NCBI GenBank assembly: GCA_051294905.1
Contig: CM119371.1
Coordinates: forward strand, 21,020,001 to 21,084,000
DNA from: Botryllus schlosseri
Lineage: Eukaryota
DNA length: 64,000 nucleotides
Direction: 5' to 3'
The notes below the pieces were generated by a model. The model worked only from the letters and a program-made list of their open reading frames with translations. It ran no database searches and was not told the origin of the DNA. Position numbers and translations under genes: made by a program. Each line of letters starts with the position of its first letter. The first letter of the stretch is position 1. Shown piece after piece: positions 13,103-24,944 of this stretch.

Positions 13103-16100
13103 TAGGGTTCTGGTAAATATCAGGCTGATTTAAATCAGTGTGATTTAAATCATGATTTTTCCTTTGATTTTTGATTTTAATTTTACCGTTTTGATATAAA
13201 TGATTTTTTGGTTTTTATTTTTTATTTTTAAAAAGACGCGTGAATATATTTTTTGGACAACCAATGTATATTGACACAACCCGGACATCGTTTTTCGTCA
13301 CCGGTACCGGCACGGTTTAGCGAATCGAGGGCAAGGCGGGAACAAGTGCTCGCAATAGGCGGTGACGGTGATCAGCCAGTTCTTGAGCTTTGTTGTGGAT
13401 TCGGTGTGTCCGTGGTGCTGCTGTTTACAAGGCGATGGTGGGAGGGCGAAAACGAAACTCAATCTGGAGTATATATCGGGAGATTCCCGCATCTCTAATG
13501 CCAAAGCGATGCAAAAGAGCTGTTTGCATTTATTGCGGTGCTGATATGATGGGTCAAGTAAGCAGAATGAAAACTCATACGCAGGTAAGATACCATGTTA
13601 CTGTATTATGAGTGAATCCAATTCATGTAATCGCTTGAATACTGTATGTGCATGGTAATACGTTGACAGGGTATGGGCGCAGCACTGCTACCGAATTCTC
13701 TTTGCATATCTAAAAACCCTTGCTTATGCTTGATGTGGTAATATCTGATCTGTAACGCGTCAACCGAAAGATACTTAGCACATAGTCCTAGACAACATCT
13801 TTTGAGCCTACTTCCTCATCCACAACTACAAGATTATCAATAGCTAGTGTTCCCCATGAACATGTCTCAGCTTATGGCGTCAATAATTATAGGGTTATGA
13901 TGTTACGTATCATGCAATTATGGCTGGGGTATTGTAGATAGCATAGGTTTGGGGCTAGGGTAAGGTTTGGTAGTCTTCGGGGCAACGGGTATGGGTGATG
14001 AATGATCGCACTATACCGTAGTGATGAATCAATATTAATATCGGCAACCGTGGTTTGTCATGGTCATGCTGTGTATAAGAAAGTACACGCTCCCTTGACG
14101 GCTTGAACCTTCTCAGTCATGGAGTCTAATAAATCAAGTGTGGATTATTGTATCAGATTTATGTTGAATATATCTCTAGACTTGCAAGAAGACGCCTCAG
14201 AAGTTGAGGTCAGAGTTCCAAGAATCTGATGAAGGCCCAGGCTCTAGTAATGCGCTGCAGCAAGATTTTTCTGGACAGAAGACTATAACCAACTATGTGA
14301 CTAGACCCTTGACGAAGAACCAAGAATATTCCAGTTACGAGTCGCTTGTTCTGTCATTTATCTCAGGTATTCATGCATTTGGACATTCATTTTTTAGTGA
14401 TAATATCCCGCATCATGTTTTATGTTACACAGGAAATATACCTTGGAATCAGCTAAACAACGAGCATTTCAGACGATTTTGTCATTCGTTGCGACCAGAT
14501 TTTTATTTGCCGAGCGTAGAACAGGCATCCGGCTCCATACTATGTGGTCTCAACTCAAAAGTATCCACTGCAATTGAACAATTTGTCAATAATGCTCATA
14601 CTCTGACGATTGTTAGTGACACATGGACAAGTAGTTCCAGTCAAAAGTATGTTGCATAATATGCATGCCTGTCTGATAGCAAATCTCATCTAGGTAAAAT
14701 AAAACATGCTCAAATTCTATTTTGCAGCTTTTCAAGTTGGATCATTGTTAATGAGTTGGGTTCAAAGAAACTGTTAGCGGTTGAACCCTCTGATCCAACC
14801 AAACGAAGTGAAGACATTGTGCAAGATGTCATTCAAAAAGCAAAGAACTGCTTGGAATGAAATCCAATGGAAAACTATTGCTCAACTTTGTGTCTGATAG
14901 CGCCAGCGCTTATGTGAAAGCGAGACGATTGCTCGTGCAGGTATGTCTGTATCATTTGGTTTTAATAGTAATCATTGTTTTTGGAGTTAGTATAACCATG
15001 AGATTTGTTTTTCAGAATTCTGAATCGGGCATAACCTTGACAGGTGCATGTCTGGCTCACCAGTCGAATCTTCTCGTTAAAGACCTGATGGGCATCAGTC
15101 GTGTGTGGAATATAGTTGAAAAGGTGATCACTGTTGCATCTTTCATCCGACGATCTGTTGCTCTCCGTAGCTCAATCTCTCGATATATGGGCCGGGAAAA
15201 GATCCCCATGTGGTTACCTAGCGAGACAAGATGGTATTCCTTCTCTGAAACATTGAAGCATGTCATAAATGTTGAAACAGCTATTCAAGTAAGTAATTCA
15301 TAGATTTCTGTGACATTTGCATGAAGTCATCTTATTTTGAAGGTTGTGTTTGTTCAAGAAACGTCGAAACCGCACTTGAATACAGCGAGTGCATGTACTG
15401 TCCGAACAATCATCAATGATAAGAAATTTTGGGAAGATACTAAAGCGATCTATGGTCTACTCAAGCCATATTATGTCATTACTGGTTAGTTGCTGAAAAA
15501 CTTCATATTGAGGCAGTTGAACAACACTCTGAGCAAAAAAGTAACGAGACGTCTGTTCGACACTGGCAATCATAACTATGCTACTTCATTCAAATTATAT
15601 TGTAAATAATTTGCATTCCTTGATGATAAACTGATATTACCGCTACACCACAATACATGATCAATTTGAACATCTTGATTCTTAATGGAAACAACAAGGA
15701 CTGTAGTTCTTTTTACTCCCCAACATTTAACTAAGAGTTAAACAGGTGATATGTTTGAATCGTAAATCTTGCATTTTTACAGCCATCTCAGAATTGGACA
15801 ATACTTCCGCTGGGCTAATCCTATCAGGCTGGATTAGGCTCAAGCTTGAGATAAAAAAGACTACCGCTCTGGATGCTGATGAGAAGAGTCTGGTTTTATC
15901 AAAGATGCAGCGAAGAACAGAAAACTATGTCGAGGACCATCATCTAGTGGCCTGGGTTCTAGATCCCCGAGTTAGAGGCTGTGGCTTGAACATGACTGGC
16001 AAAAGGCTAGTTCGGGATCTGGCCAAAAAAATATTTTCAAAAATAGAACCAAGCTTCAATGATGAATCTGCTTCTAACCTCATCAAACACTGGTTCGACT

Positions 16101-16877
16101 ATGATTGTAAAGAAGGTGAGTCTACCAGTGCACACTGCACACCTATCACTGCACGTTTCTGATATTACCCTGATTTTTTTTAGGAGTTTTTGATGCAGAA
16201 TCCACTATCTGGGTACCGTTTTTAACGGCACGGCCGGCATTATTCTGGAAGGATTTAGCTGTTGTTTCTCCGGAACTTTCAAAACTCGCCAGGACTGTTC
16301 TTTCGTGCGTTCCACATGCTGCGTCTTGTGAGAGGCTTTGGTCATCTGCGGCAGCAACTGCAACCAAGAGTCGCAATCGCCTAACACAAACAAATCTTGA
16401 AGTTATGCTTCTAGTGAAAGATCACTTCATGGATACTGACTCTGGAACTGGCAAAGTGGAAAAGGCGATGAGAAAAATCAACGCCTTGCTGGCAGAGACC
16501 ACTCCAGACATCAACAGCTATGCTCATGATGAAGATGCTACTGAAGATGCAACCGTTACGGATGCTGCTGATTTGACGCAACATGTCGGATTGGTACTAG
16601 AACAGATATCGGACAATCCTAGCCACCAACATTTCTCTGCTGGGTTGAATATTTTCCAGTACGCAGATGAAGATTCAGAGCCTCGAATTATTCAGTTGAT
16701 GAGATTTGCCGCAGCACCTTCATTTAGATGATTTTCAATCGTCTCAAACTCATTGTTGTTGTTGTTTCAGTTGTTCTAAGTAAAAATAGTAATAAAAATC
16801 AAAAAAATCATGGTTTTTATTATGGATCGATTTTATCGCTTCGAATCAGAGGCAAATTGATATTTACCGGAACCCTA
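13103..16877 (+). mobile_element. Full-length hAT DNA transposon
   Basis: 20-bp TIR TAGGGTTC(T/C)GGTAAATATCA (1 mismatch); perfect 8-bp TSD CTCGTCAC (13095-13102, 16878-16885); GATTTAAATC subterminal motifs; transposase inside. Confidence 0.95.
13435..16731 (+). pseudogene. Multi-exon hAT transposase (BED finger, DDE core, C-terminal dimerisation domain), disabled
   Basis: Exons 13435-13584 and 14180 onward join to CIYC...HTQTC (BED); motifs SDTW, SDSA, CLAH, TRW, CERLWS...RNRL; GT-AG introns; in-frame TAA at 14657-14659 and apparent 1-nt frameshift near 14840. Confidence 0.88.
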
Positions 16878-16973
16878 CTCGTCACTGATTGCTGATTGAT
16901 CCTTCTTACCGTCGTTCAAGGCGAATTCTTATCTTGATTGTCTTCGGTCGGCCGGTCGGTCTTGATTAATTGA

Positions 16974-16991
16974 ACGTCGGAAGGTCAACCA
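16974..16991 (-). promoter_or_regulatory. Primer-binding site, tRNA-Trp-like with bulges
   Basis: Minus strand TGGTTGACCTTCCGACGT directly after the 5' LTR; the tRNA-Trp PBS as I recall it is TGGTGACCCCGACGT. Confidence 0.65.
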
Positions 16992-17415
16992 TATAACGCA
17001 GAGCGAATGTTTGTAGTTGTATAATTGTGTATCTGACTCCAAGATGTATTATTGACTCCAGAAGGTTGCGGTTACGATTCGCTGCGTGTTCCCTTGCGTT
17101 CGGCGACCGGCGTAACCACGCCGTACGGCCTTGTTGGCTGACGTACCACGAAGCCTGTCTCTTGCACACGAATTCGATGGATCACACTGACGAATATATT
17201 TTTGTTTCTGTCTCCACGACTTGTAACTTTATTGAATCACGTACGGCCCAAAATGCTATATATCACCTCCCAATCAGCGAAATACTTATGAATGTCTATC
17301 GACTTCCGAATCAGCTAATAATCATGAATGTATGTCGACTTGCGAATCAGCTAATAATCACCAATGAATGAATCAATGTCTCTAAAATGGCGTTATACCA
17401 ATATATTTCGTTAAA
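16992..17415 (-). repeat. 5' LTR
   Basis: Direct repeat of 10022-10447; followed by the PBS on the minus strand. Confidence 0.9.
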
Positions 17416-17636
17416 AGGCCCATGTAAAGCTCGTATTACATATTGAAACTGAAGCAAATGTATAATTATTGTGGTGGTCTTCTCTGATGGTACATTTAAT
17501 TTCGGATACCCCAACGGCAAAAACAAACAACACTATATGCATTTCCCGCCCCAAGCAGATCATATGGACGACGCGTGCATCAAATTAATTACACTAACAG
17601 TTGCACGCAATCTATTACATAATTCATATTTCTCAG

Positions 17637-17939
17637 CAAGTGGCTGTGGACCATTATGAACGTGAAGTACTCGGATCCGAGTATGTGAGACGGTGTGATG
17701 ACGGATATAAGATGATGTACGAAAAATGCATTGGTGGTTGCGAAATCCAAGAGATTAAAGCCTCGGTATACAAAGAAGCAGAGGTACAAAAACACCAGGA
17801 AGACCTTCTTAAGCGAAATGAAGATAACAAGGATAACACAATTTTCCCTGAAAGAAGGAATATTACCCGTGAAACCAGGAATATTTTTCAACGTATTTTA
17901 CGCTATTTCATATCATTGTTCCGACCTCGACAGCAATAA
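17637..17939 (+). other. Possible terminal exon of an unidentified host gene or pseudogene
   Basis: Pyrimidine-rich acceptor TTTCTCAG, then ~100 open codons of charged, helical-looking sequence; no motif confidently recognised. Confidence 0.3.
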
Positions 17940-18741
17940 TGTAAATTGTGTATAAACTGAAGTTCGACATATTTTAGAGTCCGAGATTTTGTTGGTTATA
18001 GGTGATTGATTATGCTCTTCGCCAGTAATATATATTCACATTAAATCATGATACAATTGTATATTCGATAAGTACAACAAATATTGGCCATTTTGTTCAT
18101 GGATGATTGTTAAAAACTTGATTTCACTAACTTGATTGAGACAGCACTAGAAGTAGCTGTTGTTACATTGTAAATAAATTGGTATCGAATAGACTTGGAG
18201 CTTATTTCAATACGGCAAAAACATTTTTAGTATTTGTCGGTGTGACATGTTTAACTCGGGTGTTACAAGAATCGGGAAATCTGTCAGGTACACTTGATTA
18301 GATTTGAAGCATTATGAAGATATATTTAAAGCCAGCAGTTTTTAGACATCGACGAAACGCTAACAGAGGAGAATGAATGCGATACACAGGATAACATGTA
18401 ATATTTTTTTTTATATCAGAATATCGATGTATCATACGACCACCATACGAACACATTATGAATGTGACGCTCTGACTTCATTTACCGATACTAACGATTG
18501 AAAGAGAATATGTCTTCTAATTACCGAGACCAGCTGGCTAGCTCAAATGCATGAAATATGGAAATGATATCGTGGCGATATCATACCTTAAAAGTAGTAT
18601 CGTTATCGGCTATTTGCGGTAAAATATTTCGGAAATTTTCGTGATGTCACTTCATGGTTAGTCATAAGTCAGAAAAGTATAATACGTGACTGCTACACTG
18701 TGAATTTTGATATATGTGATATAGTAGACAGGTGTTCAGAC

Positions 18742-19160
18742 CAGTGATGAGCATCGGAGCGGAATCGGAGCAGAATCGGAGCGGAGTTTCGCCAATTTTT
18801 TATACTCGGAGTGGATTCGGAGTTTACTACAGATGTTTTTCCGGAGTTTTTTGGAGTGTTGTAAGTTTTGACCCCGATATCTTTCGGTAGCTCTGACCAA
18901 AAGACACGATTGATTACAAACCAAAACACAGACAGTTGACACCTTGTAAAGCTGTAATATGACGGGTAACATGCAAAAATGATTGCTAAGTGCATAAACA
19001 CCAGCCAACTGCAATTGGGGACCGGAGAGTAACCTAGTGATCTAGCAAGGCATTTTCGTTGAGCAGTGTCTGTAGTTCACAAAATTGAAGGCGCCCAATA
19101 TCATTCGCAGTGCATCATTTGCTCCCTGCCTTGAGATGCAGTCTTTGAATCCACAGCTGA
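18742..19160. mobile_element. Left end of a hAT-family element homologous to 6378-7071 (right end not found)
   Basis: Starts CAGTGATGAGCATCGG; ~400 bp collinear similarity with 6378-6910. Confidence 0.75.
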
Positions 19161-20209
19161 ATGTCACCATGTTATGAGATAAGATCTCCAGAATATTCCA
19201 CGTTGCTGTCATTGCAGTCATGTATAGTCACATTCCTCCTTGCGTGTTTGTTTCGTGACTGATGCTACCCCAGTAATTGTGCGAAACATTTTCAATCAGC
19301 AACATACAGCGGGGTTTCTCTATGGTATAACCTTTAGCTACCCTGATTCCTCCAGCAAGTTCATGATCATAACGAAATATATCCCATTATCCTGATGACA
19401 TTCAACGTAGTAATAGGTCCATTTTGTGAAAATGTTTTCCCAACGTTGGTATCAGTTGAAACAAGATAATATCCGATACCCCTTTTGTGATAACTTTTCG
19501 CAACTTTTATCGTACTTGCAGTGAGAAATATCGATAGTTAGTGTAACAGCAATATTACTTTATATCTGTGAGAAATATAGGCCTACATACAACAAGCAAG
19601 TTTCTGGATTGAAACAATAATACCTTACAGTATGCAAATTTTAGCCAGTAAGATCCGCTCACAGCGGCATACCAGCATCTAAGCCCTCTTCAAAGATTTC
19701 AACAATACATAAATCACCAAGGTAAGCTGATCTTACCTCGAATTACTAAACAGCCACACTAAATAACTAAAACCGTCTGCTTTGCTCTGCTCACAGCTAC
19801 TACGCTTTCTTCGATATTGATTGACGTAATTAGACATCCAGAACTCTTCTGAATTTTCGTCATGTAATTTTTTGGTCAAGCATTGTTTGATTACAGAGGA
19901 TGTATAGTTTGATTGAGAAATGACTTTGATGTGATAAGAAAAAACCACACCGCAATCAAGTTTCTGCTGCTGGTCTGCCTCATCCTCCAAATTCCAGATA
20001 TCATGTAACCGCTTGAAAATTGGAAGTCAACTCCAAGGAGCGTTGATTGGAGATCAGTGATGCATCATGTCTGTTAAGTGCAGCTCCATCAACTGTTTCA
20101 AGGCGACGTGCGATGGCGATGCAGAACTTAATTTACCGCACTTTATCATGTGATCGTCGATTTTAGTGGTGTTAGTGGTAGTTATTTAGGACTGGCTGGT
20201 TTTAATATA

Positions 20210-20347
20210 ATGACTGAAGCACCGTCGACGTCTAGTGGGTTACCCACAAAGACGCAGAAAAATAGTGACGTATGGAAGGATTTCACTCTGATGCATAATA
20301 ATGGCGAGTATACTGATGATTGTGAAAGTTTACTGTTGATTCTGTGA
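20210..20347 (+). pseudogene. Possible start of a BED-finger hAT transposase (remnant)
   Basis: MTEAPSTSS...KNSDVWKDF resembles the SxVWxxF BED-finger start; lies downstream of the hAT left end at 18742. Confidence 0.35.
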
Positions 20348-22473
20348 TGATTGTGAAATCCTGTGGCCAAATGCAATTACTTTTCATTACTTTTTTCATG
20401 TTACTGCTTTTCGAGCTTGCCGTTCATCGCTTCGATATCTGTTCCTATGATATCTGTGATTTTTTGTTGCTGCTCTAATAATGTCTGTGATTTGCATTGT
20501 TAAATAGCTGGTTCGTGGTACAGAACTTGAATATAGCTTTCAATACAACATCCATTGTAGCAGTAAATTTATTAAACTCGAAGATTTCTCGGGTGCCTCT
20601 TTTCAAGAGTTATCGGCACACTGAAGGGATTTAAACCACTGAGCCATATAAACACTGGAGTGCGCTACTCGCGATATTTACGTTGTCACTAGAAACAGTT
20701 GCATTGTGGGGAATAGGCTGGACGATTTAGTACAGGAGCTTATGGAAAAACGTCCAGTTTTAACATATATTTGATTCGTATTGGGTTTGTAGTATTTTAT
20801 ACGAATGGAGATTTGAATGAATAGTCATCGTACACTGTAAGCTTAAACGCGTGCATTTATGCACCTAAAAAACAAACAATATTCGAATTTTTTTTTAGAT
20901 GCAACGTTGTGTGGTAGTGATGTATGTCATAATATTGTGTGGTCAGAAGTGGCATGTCCGTTCCTATCGCTGCAGAGCTCGAAATTATGTACCTGAAATA
21001 CCTCCACAGGCTCTTCTCGAAACAATATTTTATTTCAAAAGAGTCGGTTGTAGAATGTACAATAAAAGAAACAGTGTAAATTGCCATTAAATATGACAAT
21101 ACAAATTGAAAACATAACAATTTTTTGACACAGTAAGACAGGATTTTATAGAGTAATAACAGAGCTTCAATACACAATTGAATAGACACTTACGTGACCT
21201 TTGACACGAGCCAATCAGGTTGCAGCAGGATGTAAACAAAGAACAAGCCCGGGCAAGCTTACTAAGAGTTCTTATGGAAAAAGGTTGAAAAATGAAGGTT
21301 TTAAGCAAGATTACGTTGAATTGGGGATGACTGGCCAAAATGAATAGTAATAGCGTAGAGCTAGTATGAAGTTGCAGCTTTTAATCTAGGATGAACATGA
21401 ATGGTGGCAAGTACGCACCAGCGTGCTGTGTCCAAATGCACGGGTTTTTGACAACTTTTCGGATTAAGCGACGATTGTTGTATACTATACTATAGGATTG
21501 TGGTAATGCATATTTTGACGATTTCATAGGCTCCAGGTCTCGAGCAACATTTTCAAGCATATCTCATGTTCAGAAATATATATACTATAAAATATAGCTG
21601 CTGCCACACATCACAATTTTTGTGTATTGATTATGAAACTCGAAAGCTATGGAGATTCTATCGAATTTATGGATTTGAGTGGAACAGCATCTTCTTCTAA
21701 CACCGCGGAGAAAGCTACGAAGTATTTCATGGAGCGCTACGCACACGATTTAGGGATAAAGATTGAGGAGACAATCCACTCTTTTTGGAAGCAATATTCT
21801 AGTGAACAGCCAATGTTATCGCAACTTGCGGAAAAGTGAGATAACACACTCAATGGAAATACACGTTCTCGGAAAATCCATTATTGATTCGTCTTGCACT
21901 TGTAAGACAGGGTAAGTAAGGAAAAAGACATTTTTTTAGAGACTACTGCAATAGATATTTTAACCATGATTTATTTTCATATTAGGTTCTGATATATGCT
22001 CTCATGCATATGCATTGATTAAGACAAGCCAGCACCTGAAGCTAAAAGGACTACATTGTGATTTGCATCAGCATCAGTGAGCTCCATCGTGATTGACAAG
22101 CAATCTCTCCACCGCACTCGCAACCGATCAACTCCTGCCTCAAGGTAGATTTTGGTGTATCTGGTGTCTTCAGTTTTATAACATTCCACCAAACACAAAT
22201 AATCCTAGAACATTTTCATCTGGAGAATTGTTCATTCAACAAATTGGGCATCGAAATGAGCTTCAATGCACACCACTTGAATATCTAGACATGCACTGTT
22301 GGTACAGACTGACCTTGGCACCGCGCAAATACGATCCGTAGCATGCTATTAGGCATTACGATATTCACAATGGAACTGAATTTGCACAATTGCAGAATAT
22401 GTTGCATCATTCATTTTTTATTTTCAATCTTGAATTAGAGTATGCAATTAGTCCACATTTGGTTAGTTGTGAT

Positions 22474-24944
22474 CAGACATGGGGTGATTACTTCACGAAT
22501 GTAATCGATTGCGATTATGATTACTTGTGAATCCCGCGATTACGATTACGATTACAGCAAAAACAGGAAGTAGTCGATTACGATTACGATTACATTTCAA
22601 AAGTAATCACGATTACTCACGATTACATTTGTTTTGCTTCTCAGAACTAATTTCAGAAGAGATATTGGAAGACAATATAAGGCTTGCGATGAAAAGGTCT
22701 AATGAGATAACAACTTTCTTTATATATCCTACGTCATTTGCTTGTTACGTCATAATGTACCCACTACCCATTGCCCAACTCTAGGGCCTATGCAGGACTA
22801 TTCGTCGCACCCATCGATTTGCATTCTTGCCAGGTCCGTAACTGCCACACCCCAAACTCTCCAATAGGACCGGGAGCAAGCGCTAAGGGGACTCAGAAGT
22901 ATTTCGTAAATCTACATAAATTATCATCGAGTATTTTCAAGAGAGTTAATTAACTTGAAAATTTTCTTCGAGCTTCGGGATTTAATATGTCTCTAAATAG
23001 CTTGATTTTGAAATGCATACCTATCCCCCTCAAGAAAAAAAGCATGCATAATTTATAGGAATAGGCATTTCGGTGGCGGTTATTACCCCGCCACGACACA
23101 CCAAAAGACGTAGGCTATGCAATTCCGGACAACATGCAACTCCCCAAAGTGTGCTACCAAAGAATGACCTTGTCAGTGGGCGTGACGAATAGTCCGGTCT
23201 TTCCAATCTGAGCCCCATTAATGCAAATGCCAACCGGGGCATGACAATTTGTGTGTGAATCTCACGAAAGTTTTTCTTTTAGTCTGCTACGATTGGGCGA
23301 CTACAGTATCTTTTGATAAAAGACGTAAGGTCACGAATTAACAACATACAATAAAATAATTATAACAACATAGCAGATGCTATAATTAGGAATTACGTGC
23401 CCCCAGCTCTACTGGTAAATCTGAATGAATAGCAATATCATTCAATTACCAATATTATCGACGAAATTCAGTCATCAACATGAAAACTGACCATCCTATG
23501 GAGCCCCAATACCCAGGGTTGTATAATGACTCGAGTCGTCATTTTTTGGTAACTAGACTTGACTCGAGTCATTTTTTCAAATACGTAAATTGACTCGACT
23601 TGTCACATGACTCGGGACTAGAACGGCCAAGACAGACATTCCATGTAAATACGAAGAATAGTAAAGTGCCCAGATTATTTGTATTTCGTCTATCAGTCCT
23701 GATACTTGGAAATAGGGCCATCAACTGTGAAAAATGATGAAAATTACTATATTATAAACACGAGCCATTCTATATCACTCGAGCAGAGATGAAAAAAGTG
23801 GGTTGAACCGGATTGATCTGAAAACTGATCTGTGAACATAACGACTTGACTCAGACTCGACCCTATACTAACTGACTTGGACTCGGACGTGACTCGGAGG
23901 TGAATTGAAAATGACTCGACCTGACTCGAGTTTTTGTAAATGACTCGACTTGACTCGAGTCAAAACTATCAAAGTGAGATTGACTTGTGACTCGAAACAT
24001 TGTGATTTGGTTACAATTACAACCCTACCAATACCAACGTTTGGAGTGGAGGACGAATTACTGTTTTGGTCCTGATTGTACCTACAACCCACGCTAACAT
24101 GGTGAATAAGCGGATGGCTATATGGCGACATGTATAAATATAGAGTGAAGAATTGTGAAATAACGGTTGGTGCCCGTTTCAAGTAGAGTCATATGAGAAT
24201 AAGATAAAGTGAACTTAAAATTCTACCTTCCACTTAATACAGATACTGCAAGCTGCCGTTACGAGAAACAGCAAAGCACGGTTTGGTTATGATGTATATC
24301 AGCAGCTGCTGATTTAAACCATCGTAACGTGTTTTATTTGACGAGTACAAAATTTCAAATCTTTGTCCGGCGTACCTACAAATACATACGTATACTACAT
24401 ACATAGTCCTATACTGCTCGCCAAGCAGCAACGGTCAAACTGCGTCTAAGCATAACCGTACATCAATACATAAGTTACTATTTGAAACTAAGCGGACTGG
24501 TGATTATTACCTTGCTGCGAAGTAGTGGCGTCTGTAGTGTATTGCTAACCTGATATACAACATGGCTTACGTTGTTCCAATAATCACACAGCAATGTACG
24601 TCGAATATATATTTACTACGTGTGGATACTTCTTACGCAAGGACGAGCAAAGCTAATACATCTGACGTAATAATGAGCAGTGGTGTTTGCAAATCAACCG
24701 TTTGCGCTATCAATAACCTGGTATAATATCTCATCCTTGTTCACGAATGTTCGGTTATGTCATATTCATTGCACAAATAAAAAGTAATCGTTCATTCACA
24801 AAGAAATCGATTAGATATGTGAAGTAGTCGATTACGATTACTTTGGATTATTTTCGAATGTAATCGATTGCGATTACGATTACTTGAAAATGCTGTAATC
24901 GTCGTAATCGATTACGATTACTAATCGCGATTACCCCATGTCTG
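22474..24944. mobile_element. Non-autonomous hAT
   Basis: TIR CAGACATGGGGT; perfect 8-bp TSD GTTGTGAT; GATTAC subterminal repeats. Confidence 0.9.
23514..24027. mobile_element. hAT MITE (GACTCGAGTC-motif family)
   Basis: Ends CAGGGTTGTA / TACAACCCTA; perfect TSD CCAATACC. Confidence 0.9.

Larger units (their letters stand above)
10022..17415 (-). mobile_element. Non-autonomous LTR retrotransposon (Gypsy-derived, LARD/TRIM-like), interrupted by a hAT
   Basis: Two ~425-bp direct repeats, 5-bp TSD AGGCC (10017-10021, 17416-17420), PBS and PPT correctly placed for the minus strand, ~2.7 kb internal region without gag-pol. Confidence 0.88.

Noticed and set aside
13600..14170. C/D-box snoRNA in hAT intron 1 (TGATGA words)
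   Set aside because: No convincing terminal stem, D-box pairing or rRNA-complementary guide seen.
18696..18712. TA|CACTGTGAATT as another CACTA terminus
   Set aside because: Short match only; no subterminal repeats or partner end found.
21627..21839. hAT dimerisation-domain gene (FWK...PMLSQLA)
   Set aside because: The motif is short and no SER/RNRL motif follows; it lies inside the ISL2EU-like element; not assignable.
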